Assembly: GCF_000039765.1 (NCBI RefSeq)
Contig: NC_004459.3
Coordinates: 1,230,001-1,262,000 of the forward strand
Origin: Vibrio vulnificus CMCP6
GTDB lineage: Bacteria > Pseudomonadota > Gammaproteobacteria > Enterobacterales > Vibrionaceae
Reading direction: 5' to 3'
DNA length: 32,000 nt
Shown here one piece after another: positions 10,737 through 21,949 of the stretch. A program made the position numbers and the translations under genes. Within the stretch, counting starts at the first letter, position 1, and each line of letters opens with the position of its first letter. The notes under the pieces were generated by a model that worked only from the letters and a program-made list of their open reading frames with translations, searched no databases and had not been told where the DNA came from.

Positions 10737-10855
10737 TCTGTGCGGTATTCACTGACTTGAGCAAAAAGGCGATCTTCGGATCGCCTTAAATGTATCGTAC
10801 TCATTCCCGCTTGAGCGCGTTATACTGCGAGCAAGGCTTTTTTCATCGAATGATT

Positions 10856-11764
10856 ATGAAACACCAATACGCACGTTTAGTGACGATGGCTGCTTGGACG
10901 GCAACCGCAGTCGCAACTCTACTTCTCCTCGTTAAAATAGTGGCTTGGTGGGTGACCGGCTCTGTGAGCTTACTTGCCTCGCTGATCGATTCATTCCTCG
11001 ATATTGCGGCGTCTGTCGTCAACTTAATTGTGGTGCGTTATGCGCTGCAACCTGCTGATGAGGAACACACTTTTGGCCATGGCAAAGCGGAATCGCTCGC
11101 GGCGTTGGCTCAAGCGATGTTTATCTCAGGTTCCGCGGTCTTTTTGATCCTCAATGGTATTGATCGCTTCTTCCGTCCTCATGAGTTGAACTCTCCAGAA
11201 TATGGCGTATTCGTCAGCTTGTTTGCTATGGTGGTGACATTCGCCTTGGTGACATTCCAAAAATACGTGGTGAAGAAGACCGGTAGCCAAGCCATTGCGG
11301 CGGACTCTCTGCATTATCAAAGTGACCTATTCATGAATGCGGCCATTATGGTGGCGTTGGGGCTAAGCTATTATGGCGTTGGCCAAGCCGACGCGGTGTT
11401 TGCCGTCGGAATCGGGCTGTTTATTCTGTATAGCGCCTTCAAAATGGTGATGGAAGCGATCCAAACCTTGCTCGATCGCAAGCTGCCTGATGAAGAGTTA
11501 GAACAAATTCGCTGTGAATGTCTCGCGGTAGAGAATGTTCTGGGGGTGCATCAACTGCGCACTAGAATGTCAGGGCCGACGCGCTTTATTCAGCTTCATC
11601 TTGAGTTGGACGATGATCTGCCGTTGATCAAAGCGCACCAAATTGCCGACGAAGTGGAAGAGCGGTTGCTGGCGTGTTTCCCTGATGCCGATGTATTAAT
11701 CCACCAAGATCCTTATTCTGTGGTGATTGTCAGTGAAAAAGAACAGATAGAACAACAGTGGTAA
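10856..11764 (+). CDS. fieF: Cation diffusion facilitator FieF (YiiP)
   Basis: [14 protein letters not shown]...[56 protein letters not shown] track starts at 10790, but family-like start is Met23 (ATG at 10856). Confidence 0.93.
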   Translation: MKHQYARLVTMAAWTATAVATLLLLVKIVAWWVTGSVSLLASLIDSFLDIAASVVNLIVVRYALQPADEEHTFGHGKAESLAALAQAMFISGSAVFLILNGIDRFFRPHELNSPEYGVFVSLFAMVVTFALVTFQKYVVKKTGSQAIAADSLHYQSDLFMNAAIMVALGLSYYGVGQADAVFAVGIGLFILYSAFKMVMEAIQTLLDRKLPDEELEQIRCECLAVENVLGVHQLRTRMSGPTRFIQLHLELDDDLPLIKAHQIADEVEERLLACFPDADVLIHQDPYSVVIVSEKEQIEQQW

Positions 11765-12050
11765 CGCTCGAAAAAATACGCTTATCTTCAGGACAAATAA
11801 GCGGTTGTTGACTATCTTTCCAACAGCCTCTATTAAGATTCGTGATCCTGATGTGAATCAACAAAGTTTGAGTGCAAAACTGTAATACTCTTACATAAGT
11901 AGAAAAGTTACATAAAAATGTGTGTTTTCATTGGTATTCCTGTAGAGGAAATGTAACATTACGCACAGTTTTTCGGATTATATTGGTAGCTGACTAACAG
12001 CTATTTTTTAAAGATTATTAAATATTGATTTCTAAAGATCGAGGGTGAGC

Positions 12051-13013
12051 ATGATTAAGAAGATCGGTGTTTTGACAAGTGGTGGTGACGCCCCTGGTAT
12101 GAACGCAGCAATCCGTGGTGTGGTACGTACTGCACTGGGTGCTGGTCTTGAAGTTTATGGTATCTATGATGGCTACCTAGGCTTGTACGAAGGCCGTATT
12201 AAACAACTTGATCGTTCAAGCGTTTCTGATGTGATTAACCGTGGTGGTACGTTCTTGGGATCAGCTCGTTTCCCAGAATTTAAAGAAGTTGCGGTACGTG
12301 AAAAAGCGATTGAAAACCTAAAAGCACACGGTATTGATGCGCTTGTGGTTATCGGCGGCGACGGTTCGTACATGGGTGCGAAGAAACTGACTGAAATGGG
12401 TTACCCATGTATCGGTCTACCAGGCACGATTGACAACGATATCGCAGGTACGGATTACACCATCGGTTACCTAACGGCGCTGAACACGGTTATCGAATCG
12501 ATCGACCGTCTACGCGATACTTCATCTTCTCACCAGCGTATTTCTATCGTAGAAATCATGGGTCGTCACTGTGGTGACCTCACTCTGATGTCTGCTATCG
12601 CAGGTGGCTGTGAATACATCATCACACCAGAAACTGGCCTAGATAAAGAGAAGCTGATTGGCAACATCCAAGACGGCATTTCTAAAGGTAAGAAACATGC
12701 GATCATCGCGCTGACTGAGCTGATGATGGACGCGAACGAACTGGCAAAAGAGATCGAAGCGGGAACGGGTCGTGAAACTCGTGCCACGGTTCTTGGTCAC
12801 ATCCAACGTGGTGGCCGTCCAACGGCGTTCGACCGTGTTCTTGCGTCTCGTATGGGTAACTACGCGGTTCACCTATTGATGGAAGGTCATGGTGGCCGTT
12901 GTGTTGGTATCGTGAAAGAGCAACTTGTTCACCACGACATCATCGATGCAATCGAGAACATGAAGCGTCCAGTTCGCAATGATCTGTTCAAAGTAGCAGA
13001 AGAGCTATTCTAA
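12051..13013 (+). CDS. pfkA: ATP-dependent 6-phosphofructokinase isozyme I
   Basis: [48 protein letters not shown] and [25 protein letters not shown] at 12051 matches the E. coli N-terminus; the track includes an upstream GTG at 12045. Confidence 0.97.
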   Translation: MIKKIGVLTSGGDAPGMNAAIRGVVRTALGAGLEVYGIYDGYLGLYEGRIKQLDRSSVSDVINRGGTFLGSARFPEFKEVAVREKAIENLKAHGIDALVVIGGDGSYMGAKKLTEMGYPCIGLPGTIDNDIAGTDYTIGYLTALNTVIESIDRLRDTSSSHQRISIVEIMGRHCGDLTLMSAIAGGCEYIITPETGLDKEKLIGNIQDGISKGKKHAIIALTELMMDANELAKEIEAGTGRETRATVLGHIQRGGRPTAFDRVLASRMGNYAVHLLMEGHGGRCVGIVKEQLVHHDIIDAIENMKRPVRNDLFKVAEELF

Positions 13014-13037
13014 GCAGAATAAACTGATTATCTGAGC

Positions 13038-13063
13038 AAAGGCTGCGTTATCGCAGCCTTTTT
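13038..13063 (+). terminator. Terminator downstream of pfkA
   Basis: AAAGGCTGC-GTTATC-GCAGCCTTTTT. Confidence 0.75.
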
Positions 13064-13093
13064 CATATCGGTGGCTTCTACCAGACGTCAAAT

Positions 13094-14443
13094 CTAAGGC
13101 ACTAATGTGGCCAATTGCTGTTTGCGTTGCTTAAGGGCGTAAAGATAGCTGCACAACCCGACCAAAATGTTGCCCACCGCAATGCCAATAAACAGCCCTT
13201 CAATGTCGTAGAGCCAACTGCCTAGGTATGCCGCTGGCAGGGTAAACACAAACAGCCGAATTACGCTCCAGCGGAAGGCGTTGAGTGGTTGGTGCATGGC
13301 ATTTAAACCGCTGACCAGCATCATCACAATGCCTAAAAAACCGTAGCTGATCGGTACCACCAGCAGGTAATGCCAAAGCAAATCTCTTACCGCTTGCTCT
13401 TGTGAGAATAGAGCGGCGAGCGGAATACTGAGCGGCACCATCATCAAAAACACCAAACCTTGAAACAGCACCGAAAAGCGCATGCTGACGAACAATCCTT
13501 GGAACGCTCGTTGTGGGTTTTTCGCGCCAAAGTTTTGCGCCATAAAAGGCGTCAGAGCAGAGGTGAGTGCCATGAGGACCAAAATCAAAATCGATTCAAT
13601 GCGTTGTGCCGCCCCATAAGCGGCAACAGCAGCGGTGCCGTGGCTGGACAGCATCATCATTAAAATGGCGCCAGAGAGAGGGTTCATTGCGTTGGAAAGC
13701 GCAGCCGGAGTGCCGACCTTGAGAATCTGCTGCCAATCCTCTTTTAAGCGTTGCCATTGTGGCAGGCCGAGCAGCCGCTCACGCTGAATCAAAACGTAGA
13801 AAGAGCCAATCAGCGCACCGAGCCAACTCAACGCACTCGCAATCGCTGCGCCTTGAATACCGAGCTCAGGAAATGGGCCGATACCAAAAATCAGCAGCGG
13901 GTCGAGCACGCCGTTGATAAGCCCAGCGAGCATCATGATTTTGGCTGGGGTCTTAGTATCTCCGGTGGCACGAATGGCACTGTTTCCTGCCATCGGAATC
14001 ACCAGTAATGGGATGGTGAGGTACCAGACATGCATGTATTGGCCGATGAGGGGAATCAGTTCCTCTTTCGCACCAAGCAAGGTAAATAAGGGGGTGACAG
14101 TAAAGAAGCCGAGTGTGGAAGCGAGCGCAACCAGCACAACCGCCAATAGCAAGCCATGGGTAGTAAAACGTGCGGCTTGATGCGCTTCTCCTTGACCTAA
14201 TAGACGACCGATGCTGGTCGATAGTCCGACCCCGATGCCCATCGTAATGCAGTTAACGGCGAAGGTGACGGGGAAGGTATAGCTGATCGCCGCCAGTGCT
14301 TCGGTGCCAAGTAGTGAGATGAAAAAGGTGTCGACCAAGTTAAACATCAGGATCGCCACCATGCCAAATATCATGGGGACGGTCATTTTTCGTAGCGTTT
14401 CCGCGATGGGCGCGCTCAGCAAGCCATGTTTATCAAGCATCAA
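13094..14443 (-). CDS. MATE-family multidrug/Na+ efflux transporter
   Basis: 449 aa polytopic protein with MATE features (FNLVDTFFISLLGTEALAAISYTFPV, AGNSAIRATGDTKTPAKIMMLAGLINGVLDPLLIFG). Start TTG 14443 or ATG 14440. Confidence 0.9.
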   Translation of the reverse strand: MMLDKHGLLSAPIAETLRKMTVPMIFGMVAILMFNLVDTFFISLLGTEALAAISYTFPVTFAVNCITMGIGVGLSTSIGRLLGQGEAHQAARFTTHGLLLAVVLVALASTLGFFTVTPLFTLLGAKEELIPLIGQYMHVWYLTIPLLVIPMAGNSAIRATGDTKTPAKIMMLAGLINGVLDPLLIFGIGPFPELGIQGAAIASALSWLGALIGSFYVLIQRERLLGLPQWQRLKEDWQQILKVGTPAALSNAMNPLSGAILMMMLSSHGTAAVAAYGAAQRIESILILVLMALTSALTPFMAQNFGAKNPQRAFQGLFVSMRFSVLFQGLVFLMMVPLSIPLAALFSQEQAVRDLLWHYLLVVPISYGFLGIVMMLVSGLNAMHQPLNAFRWSVIRLFVFTLPAAYLGSWLYDIEGLFIGIAVGNILVGLCSYLYALKQRKQQLATLVP

Positions 14444-14586
14444 TCATCACCAGAAGGCATCACCAGAAGGTGCAAAAGCGCTAGGATACAAGAAATGTGT
14501 GCGAGGGGCGAGCGAGCTGTTTTTAAGCAATCCTTTGCCAAAGCCTCGGAACTTTTAACTTAGTCACAAAAAAATCCTCACGCCCC

Positions 14587-14615
14587 CTTGGGATCGTCAT
14601 GATCACCCCCTATAT
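14587..14615 (+). promoter_or_regulatory. Sigma-32 (heat-shock) type promoter upstream of groES
   Basis: CTTGGGA followed by TCGTCATGATCA then CCCCCTATAT, resembling CTTGAAA-N(11-16)-CCCCATNT. Confidence 0.7.
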
Positions 14616-14691
14616 AGTTAGCACTAGGCCTAGAAGCCCTGCTTCAGGGTAATTATCAAATAAACATGGAATTTTTCAGGAGAGACGACCG

Positions 14692-14982
14692 ATGAACATT
14701 CGTCCATTACATGATCGAGTTATCGTAGAGCGCCAAGAAGTTGAATCTAAATCTGCTGGTGGCATCGTTTTAACTGGTTCTGCTGCGGAAAAATCAACTC
14801 GCGGTGTTGTTCTAGCTGTAGGTAAAGGCCGCATTCTAGAAAACGGCACTGTTCAGCCGCTGGACGTTAAAGTTGGTGATACTGTTATCTTTGCAGAGAG
14901 CTACGGCACTAAGACTGAAAAGATCGACGGTAAAGAAGTTCTTATCATGTCTGAAAACGACATTATGGCTATTGTCGACTAA
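14692..14982 (+). CDS. groES: Co-chaperonin GroES
   Basis: 96 aa [38 protein letters not shown]. Confidence 0.99.
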   Translation: MNIRPLHDRVIVERQEVESKSAGGIVLTGSAAEKSTRGVVLAVGKGRILENGTVQPLDVKVGDTVIFAESYGTKTEKIDGKEVLIMSENDIMAIVD

Positions 14983-14995
14983 TAGCAATCGTTGA

Positions 14996-16696
<1,701 letters not shown>

Positions 16697-16721
16697 TCAG
16701 CCTACCCGCTGTCAATATTTG

Positions 16722-16754
16722 AAAAAGCTGAGGAGCGATCCTCAGCTTTTTTTT
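16722..16754 (+). terminator. Terminator of the groESL operon
   Basis: AAAAAGCTGAGGA-GCGA-TCCTCAGCTTTTTTTT, 13-bp arms with GCGA tetraloop. Confidence 0.9.
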
Positions 16755-16889
16755 ATCGCTGAGAATGTGTCGTTTATTCAAGAATATGAACAATATCCGA
16801 TATAAGATGAGATTCATATTCTACACTGCTACTGAGATGCATATGAATGTAACTTGGTAAGTGCATGAAAAATAGAATGTTTTAAAATG

Positions 16890-16933
16890 GTTTTGTCAAA
16901 TGGATGAAAAAACATTCAGACATTTGACAAAAC
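16890..16933. repeat. 13-bp perfect inverted repeat upstream of the exported repeat-protein gene
   Basis: GTTTTGTCAAATG (16890-16902) and CATTTGACAAAAC (16921-16933) separated by 18 nt. Confidence 0.85.
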
Positions 16934-17038
16934 AATGACTTGGCAAAATTGAACGGCGTACATAATAAGTCGATGGGTACGGGAGTCGGCATCGCGCCGC
17001 CGGTACTTAACAACTCATAGTCAGTGGAGACTCAACCA

Positions 17039-17593
17039 ATGAAAAAAATCTTAACAGCAGCAGTGGTAACCGCGTTAACGTCAACAGCGGCAATGGCAGC
17101 AACGCCTGTAATGTTTTCTTCAATCAATAACTTTAACGCGCCAGATGACAGCGCTGTGGCGGGTGTTCGTGTTGCCGCACTCTACGGTAAAGTCGATAAC
17201 TTGAAAGGTGTTGATCTAGCGGTGGTTGGTCTCTCTGAAACCGACACAACAACAGGTGTTAACTTAGGTATCTTTGGTGCATCGAAAGTAAACCAAGAAA
17301 TGACTGGTGCGTCATTGGGTTTCTTCAACTGGAATACTGGCCAAACCACAGGTGTTAACCTTGGTGCAGTGAACTTGACCAATGATGTTAAAGGCGCAAA
17401 CGTGAGTTTTGTGAACTACTCGGAAGGCAACACCATGGTCGATGTGGGTGCGGCAAACTTCTCGGATACTTCGACTGTTCAGGTGGGCGTATTCAACAAA
17501 ACCGCAAAAATTGAAGGCGTGCAAATTGGCCTAATCAACTGTGCGGACAACGGTTTCTTCCCTTGCTTCCCAATCATTAACTTTGCGAAGTAA
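17039..17593 (+). CDS. Small exported protein made of degenerate ~15-aa repeats, resembling LA_2272-type surface repeat proteins
   Basis: Signal peptide MKKILTAAVVTALTSTAAMAA. Repeats of type TGVNLGIFG / TGASLGFFN / TGVNLGAVN / KGANVSFVN / VDVGAANF / VQVGVFN / EGVQIGLIN and C-terminus CADNGFFPCFPIINFAK. ATG at 17039 is preferred over the track's GTG at 17024. Confidence 0.75.
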   Translation: MKKILTAAVVTALTSTAAMAATPVMFSSINNFNAPDDSAVAGVRVAALYGKVDNLKGVDLAVVGLSETDTTTGVNLGIFGASKVNQEMTGASLGFFNWNTGQTTGVNLGAVNLTNDVKGANVSFVNYSEGNTMVDVGAANFSDTSTVQVGVFNKTAKIEGVQIGLINCADNGFFPCFPIINFAK

Positions 17594-17628
17594 GCTCAAT
17601 CGAGAGTTAAGTTCTCGATAGTATAAAG

Positions 17629-17659
17629 AAACCCCAGCCAATAATGGTCTGGGGTTTTT
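17629..17659 (+). terminator. Terminator of the repeat-protein gene
   Basis: AAACCCCAGCC-AATAAT-GGTCTGGGGTTTTTG. Confidence 0.75.
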
Positions 17660-17695
17660 GTTTTTAGCAGTGAGCAAAGATAGCCATATACTGGT

Positions 17696-18190
17696 TTATT
17701 TAATCAGGCGTGAACTGCGGCGCTGCTGAATTTTTTGGTGAACGCCTCGGCGCAGCGCTTGAATGCGGTTTTCTGCTTTGTCGACGCCGAGCAACACTGT
17801 CAGGGCAAGCACCGTCATGATCACAGATTGTTGCATCAGCCCTAAACCAATCATCATTCCCATCGACGCCAACACCCAGATGACTGCAGCGGATGTTACT
17901 CCGTGAATTTTCCCATCTTGAGTCATCATCACACCTGCACCTAAAAAGCCCACACCGGTAATGATTTGTCCAAGCACACGGGCTTGATCAAGAGTATTCG
18001 GCGAGAGGTAGACCGCCATAGACATAAAAAAGTAGGTACCAGAAATAATCAAAATAGAAGTTCGAATACCCACTGGCTTGCCACGAGTTTGCCGCTCGGC
18101 ACCGATTAAGAGCCCATTGACCGCACAGCACAATAAGGCGACCCAACTAAACGGCTCAATACTGAGTAGGGAATCTAAGGTTAATGACAT
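17696..18190 (-). CDS. MgtC/SapB-family inner membrane protein
   Basis: 164 aa; NGLLIGAERQTRGKPVGIRTSILI and ARVLGQIITGVGFLGAGVMMTQDGKIHGVTSAAVIW, typical MgtC/SapB N-terminal domain. Confidence 0.9.
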   Translation of the reverse strand: MSLTLDSLLSIEPFSWVALLCCAVNGLLIGAERQTRGKPVGIRTSILIISGTYFFMSMAVYLSPNTLDQARVLGQIITGVGFLGAGVMMTQDGKIHGVTSAAVIWVLASMGMMIGLGLMQQSVIMTVLALTVLLGVDKAENRIQALRRGVHQKIQQRRSSRLIK

Positions 18191-18239
18191 AAAGGCTTCC
18201 TAAAATAAGAACAGAGAAAACGCAATGAACAAGCGTGAG

Positions 18240-19262
18240 TTATTCAAGATAGAGATCCAGTGGGGTTTTACTTGGACGGCCACCGATTTCTCGAGTCAGG
18301 GTTGGGACAAGATAGCCAGACACTTGCGTGATCAAGCCGTGCATAATCGCTTTGGCCTCTTGATCGGAAACATAAAAATGTGCCGCGCCTTGAACCTTAT
18401 CCAACACATGTAAGTAATAGGGCAAAATGCCAGCATCAAACAGTGCTTCGCTAAGATGCACTTGCGCTTCGACGCTATCATTCACTCCTTTCAGCAGCAC
18501 GCCTTGATTCAATAATGTCACACCTATGCGTTTTAACCGATGCAGTTGCGAGGTTAATTCGGCGTTGATCTCATTGGCATGGTTGATGTGCGTGACCAAA
18601 ATGACTTGCAAACGCGTTTGTTCTAGCAACTGGCACAGTGCCGTTGTGATGCGTGCGGGTATCACCACAGGTAAACGCGAGTGAATGCGTAGTCGCTTGA
18701 TGTGGGGAATGTCAGCAATACGTTCGATTAACCACTGTAACTCATCATCTTTGGCCATCAAGGGATCGCCACCGGAAAAGATCACTTCATTCAGTGCGCT
18801 ATTTTGTGCAATGTAATCGAGGCTTTGCTGCCAAACCGTTTTGCTGCCTTTGTTGTCTTGATAAGGAAAGTGACGGCGGAAACAATAGCGGCAGTTAATC
18901 GCGCATCCTCCTTTGACGATCATCAGCGCACGATTGTGGTACTTGTGGAGTAAGCCAGGAATCGCATTGTCTTGCTCCTCAAGGGGATCGACAGAATAAC
19001 CCGGATGGATTTCATGCTCTTCGCTAACGGGTAACACTTGGCGCAAGAGTGGATCATTCGGATTACGTTTTTCCATTCTTTCGACAAAACTTTGCGGCAC
19101 GCGTTGTGCGAACAATCCACGTGCTGAGAACCCGTCTTGCCAAGGTGTTGGATCGATTTCCAACATTTTGAGCAAGGTTGCAGGATCAGAGATCCCATTC
19201 GCTAGCTGTTTGAGCCAGTTTTGCTCAACAGATTCGACTTTTCGGGGTATTATGTGCGGCAT
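18240..19262 (-). CDS. epmB: EF-P beta-lysylation protein EpmB (radical SAM lysine 2,3-aminomutase family)
   Basis: 340 aa; radical SAM motif GGCAINCRYCFRRHFPY; divergent from efp. Confidence 0.95.
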   Translation of the reverse strand: MPHIIPRKVESVEQNWLKQLANGISDPATLLKMLEIDPTPWQDGFSARGLFAQRVPQSFVERMEKRNPNDPLLRQVLPVSEEHEIHPGYSVDPLEEQDNAIPGLLHKYHNRALMIVKGGCAINCRYCFRRHFPYQDNKGSKTVWQQSLDYIAQNSALNEVIFSGGDPLMAKDDELQWLIERIADIPHIKRLRIHSRLPVVIPARITTALCQLLEQTRLQVILVTHINHANEINAELTSQLHRLKRIGVTLLNQGVLLKGVNDSVEAQVHLSEALFDAGILPYYLHVLDKVQGAAHFYVSDQEAKAIMHGLITQVSGYLVPTLTREIGGRPSKTPLDLYLE

Positions 19263-19294
19263 TGAATTTAGCTCTAAGAATGTAAGAGGACAAA

Positions 19295-19861
19295 ATGGCT
19301 ACAGTTAGCACTAATGAATTTAAAGGCGGCCTAAAACTCATGATCGATAGCGAGCCTTGCGTTATCTTGGAAAATGAGTACGTAAAACCGGGTAAAGGCC
19401 AAGCGTTCAACCGCGTTAAAATTCGTAAACTTCTTTCTGGTAAAGTGCTAGAGAAAACATTCAAGTCTGGTGACACTTGTGAAGTGGCAGACGTAATGGA
19501 TATCGACCTAGATTATCTATATTCAGACGGCGAATTCTACCACTTTATGAACAACGAAACGTTCGAGCAAATTGCAGCAGACGCAAAAGCTGTTGGTGAG
19601 AACGTTAAGTGGTTGGTTGAGAACAACACTTGTATGTTGACACTTTGGAACGGTAACCCTATCGCGGTAACACCACCAAACTTTGTTGAGTTAGAAGTGA
19701 TTGAAACCGATCCTGGTCTAAAGGGTGATACTCAGGGTACAGGTGGTAAGCCTGCAACACTATCAACCGGTGCTGTTGTTCGTGTACCGTTATTCATCCA
19801 AATCGGTGAAGTGATCAAAGTCGACACGCGCAGCTCAGAGTACGTGGGTCGCGTGAAGTAA
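19295..19861 (+). CDS. efp: Elongation factor P
   Basis: 188 aa; [60 protein letters not shown]. Confidence 0.98.
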   Translation: MATVSTNEFKGGLKLMIDSEPCVILENEYVKPGKGQAFNRVKIRKLLSGKVLEKTFKSGDTCEVADVMDIDLDYLYSDGEFYHFMNNETFEQIAADAKAVGENVKWLVENNTCMLTLWNGNPIAVTPPNFVELEVIETDPGLKGDTQGTGGKPATLSTGAVVRVPLFIQIGEVIKVDTRSSEYVGRVK

Positions 19862-19880
19862 TATCAGCCTGATAGTTTCT

Positions 19881-19907
19881 AAAAAGGTCGCCTTGGCGAC
19901 CTTTTTT
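19881..19907 (+). terminator. Terminator of efp
   Basis: AAAAAGGTCGCCTTGGCGACCTTTTTT. Confidence 0.85.
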
Positions 19908-20087
19908 GCGTTTTGTTCAAAACAATAACTCCGTCCAATATTCGGAAAAAGTTAATTATTTTGGTGAATCTTTCGACTATTCCTTCCTGTCTTAAATTGT
20001 TACATTTGTACCTGTTGTTGATGAGGTAGATAACACCTTGGTTTATTTAGTTTTATCTCATAAACAACCATGCAAAGGAGAATAATA

Positions 20088-21491
20088 ATGAACAACTCAA
20101 ACCTAGGACAAAGTTTGAAAGTGGAAGAAAGACGTCAGTTGCTTCGTCGTGGCATCAAAACGGCGATTATTGGTGTGCCGTTGTTGGCGCTAGGGCTTAC
20201 CATCAATAGCTCGGTGTTAATGACCGATGCGGGCTATAGCTACGTGCACCAGAACAATATTACTGGTGAGTTGGATGTGTTTACCGAGCCCGGTATTCAT
20301 TTTCGCATGCCATTTTTATCGAAAATCACGCAGTATGATCAGGTGATCACGGTGTCGTTTGGCAACAACGCAGGTGAGGATTTCTATCAGCGTTTGGACC
20401 CGGTGCAAGTGCGATTTGCCGATACGTATATAGGGCAAATTCCAGTGACGTTCCGCTTTAAGTTGAGCACCGATCCGGATGCGTTAATCAAAATGCACCG
20501 CGAGTTTCGCAACAATAGCAACCTGATTGATGCACTGTTGGTGAAAAACGCGCGTAACGTCACTGTGATAACCGCTACCCAGTACACGGGTGAAGAGTTT
20601 TTCCAAGGTGGCTTAAACCAGTTCAAGTCGAAACTGGGTGATCAATTACGTGAAGGGATTTATCTGACCGAGCGTCGCCAAGTAGAAGTGGAAGAGTTGG
20701 ATTTGGCTCCGGTTGGCGTTGATCAATCAAATGCGAATCAGCTACAGCGTACTAATCAGCTAGTATGGAAAACCGTACCAGTGTTGGATGGGACTGGTCA
20801 GCCGATTCGCCAAGATAATCCACTGCAGCAATATGGTATTCAGGTGACTCAGGTCACCATTGGTGATCCCCAGCCTGAAAAACAGTTGGATCAATTACTG
20901 GCGGATAAGAAGCGCTTAGTGGCTGATCGTATTCGAGCCATTCAAGAGCAAGAAACATCGAAAGCACAGGCGGAAACAGAACAACTTCGTAAAGAAATTC
21001 AGCGTACTCGTGAAGTACAAGACGCTCAGCGTCAAAAAGAGTTGGCGATCATTTCTCAGCAGAAAGAGGTGGAAGTTGCGCGCCAAATCGCTGAACGAGA
21101 GATCGTCGAAGTGGAGAAGACCAAGCGTCTTGCGGAAGTGGAAAAAGAGAAAGAGCTGGCGATAGCGGAAGCTAACCTTGCGATTCAAAAAGCCAACTCA
21201 CTTTCTGCTGAGTTTGAAGCGAAAGCGATTTTAGAAAAAGGTCGTGCTGAAGCGGAAGTGCTTAAAGCGAAATACGCGGCATTAGGGGCCAACCGAGAAG
21301 TGTATTTGGCTGAGCTAAATCGAGATGTGGCCAATTCGCTGTACAATAATCTGCAAAACTTCCAAGTGCAGATGCCACAGAACTACATTGGTGGTAGCGA
21401 TGAAACGGGTTTGAAAACAAACTTAGACGTCATTACAGGGTTCGGCGCACTTGGTTTGATGGACCAAACCAAGAAAGTGGTCAATAAATAA
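20088..21491 (+). CDS. SPFH/band-7 (prohibitin-like) membrane protein with long coiled-coil region
   Basis: N-terminal hydrophobic helix GIKTAIIGVPLLALGLTI, SPFH-like region (GELDVFTEPGIHFRMPFLSKITQYDQVITVSF), Glu/Lys/Ala-rich coiled coil. Strong RBS AAGGAG (20075-20080) indicates ATG 20088, not the track's 20070. Confidence 0.85.
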   Translation: MNNSNLGQSLKVEERRQLLRRGIKTAIIGVPLLALGLTINSSVLMTDAGYSYVHQNNITGELDVFTEPGIHFRMPFLSKITQYDQVITVSFGNNAGEDFYQRLDPVQVRFADTYIGQIPVTFRFKLSTDPDALIKMHREFRNNSNLIDALLVKNARNVTVITATQYTGEEFFQGGLNQFKSKLGDQLREGIYLTERRQVEVEELDLAPVGVDQSNANQLQRTNQLVWKTVPVLDGTGQPIRQDNPLQQYGIQVTQVTIGDPQPEKQLDQLLADKKRLVADRIRAIQEQETSKAQAETEQLRKEIQRTREVQDAQRQKELAIISQQKEVEVARQIAEREIVEVEKTKRLAEVEKEKELAIAEANLAIQKANSLSAEFEAKAILEKGRAEAEVLKAKYAALGANREVYLAELNRDVANSLYNNLQNFQVQMPQNYIGGSDETGLKTNLDVITGFGALGLMDQTKKVVNK

Positions 21492-21513
21492 ACCACTTGA
21501 AGCAGTGACAATA

Positions 21514-21543
21514 AAAAAGCTGGCGACAAGCCAGCTTTTTCTT
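21514..21543. terminator. Bidirectional terminator between the SPFH gene and frdD
   Basis: AAAAAGCTGGC-GACAA-GCCAGCTTTTT between convergent genes. Confidence 0.8.
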
Positions 21544-21559
21544 TTTCAGTGCGCCATGC

Positions 21560-21937
21560 TTACAGCATGAAAATGAACACCACCGCCAATGCTGAAATCA
21601 ATCCAGCAACCGCGTAACAGGCAATTTTGCCGACCACGCCAGTGTGGAATTTGAGATCATGCATGCCGTGGTGAACACGGTGCATCGCATGCCACATTGG
21701 TAAGGCCAGTGTCGCGATGATAAACAATGCGCCGATGATGCTGGTGGCAAAGCTCACCACTCGGTCGTAACTCAGTGCTTCTGCATTGATCACGCCCATT
21801 GGCACGAGAATACCCAGCACCAAAACAGTAACTGGTGTGATCATGGCAAACCAAGTACCACCTGCACCAAACAAGCTCCACCAAACTGGCTCATCAGAAC
21901 GTTTTGGCGCTCTATCTACGTTGTAATTCGGTTTCAT
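21560..21937 (-). CDS. frdD: Fumarate reductase subunit D (membrane anchor)
   Basis: 125 aa, [48 protein letters not shown]; operon with frdC. Confidence 0.95.
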
Positions 21938-21949
21938 CGTTAAAGCTCC

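Noticed and set aside
10790-10855. 22-residue N-terminal extension of fieF in the track
   Set aside because: [22 protein letters not shown] has no support from the family, and FieF-like sequence starts around MKHQYARLV at 10856.
16935-16990. TTGACA/TTGGCA ... CATAAT as a promoter for the repeat-protein gene
   Set aside because: Spacing is not optimal (about 15-16 bp) and several alternatives exist, so it is too weak to call without TSS data.
17024-17038. Track start METQPM for the repeat protein
   Set aside because: The ATG at 17039 gives a standard signal peptide (MKKILTAAVVTALTSTAAMA); the GTG extension would put extra residues before it.
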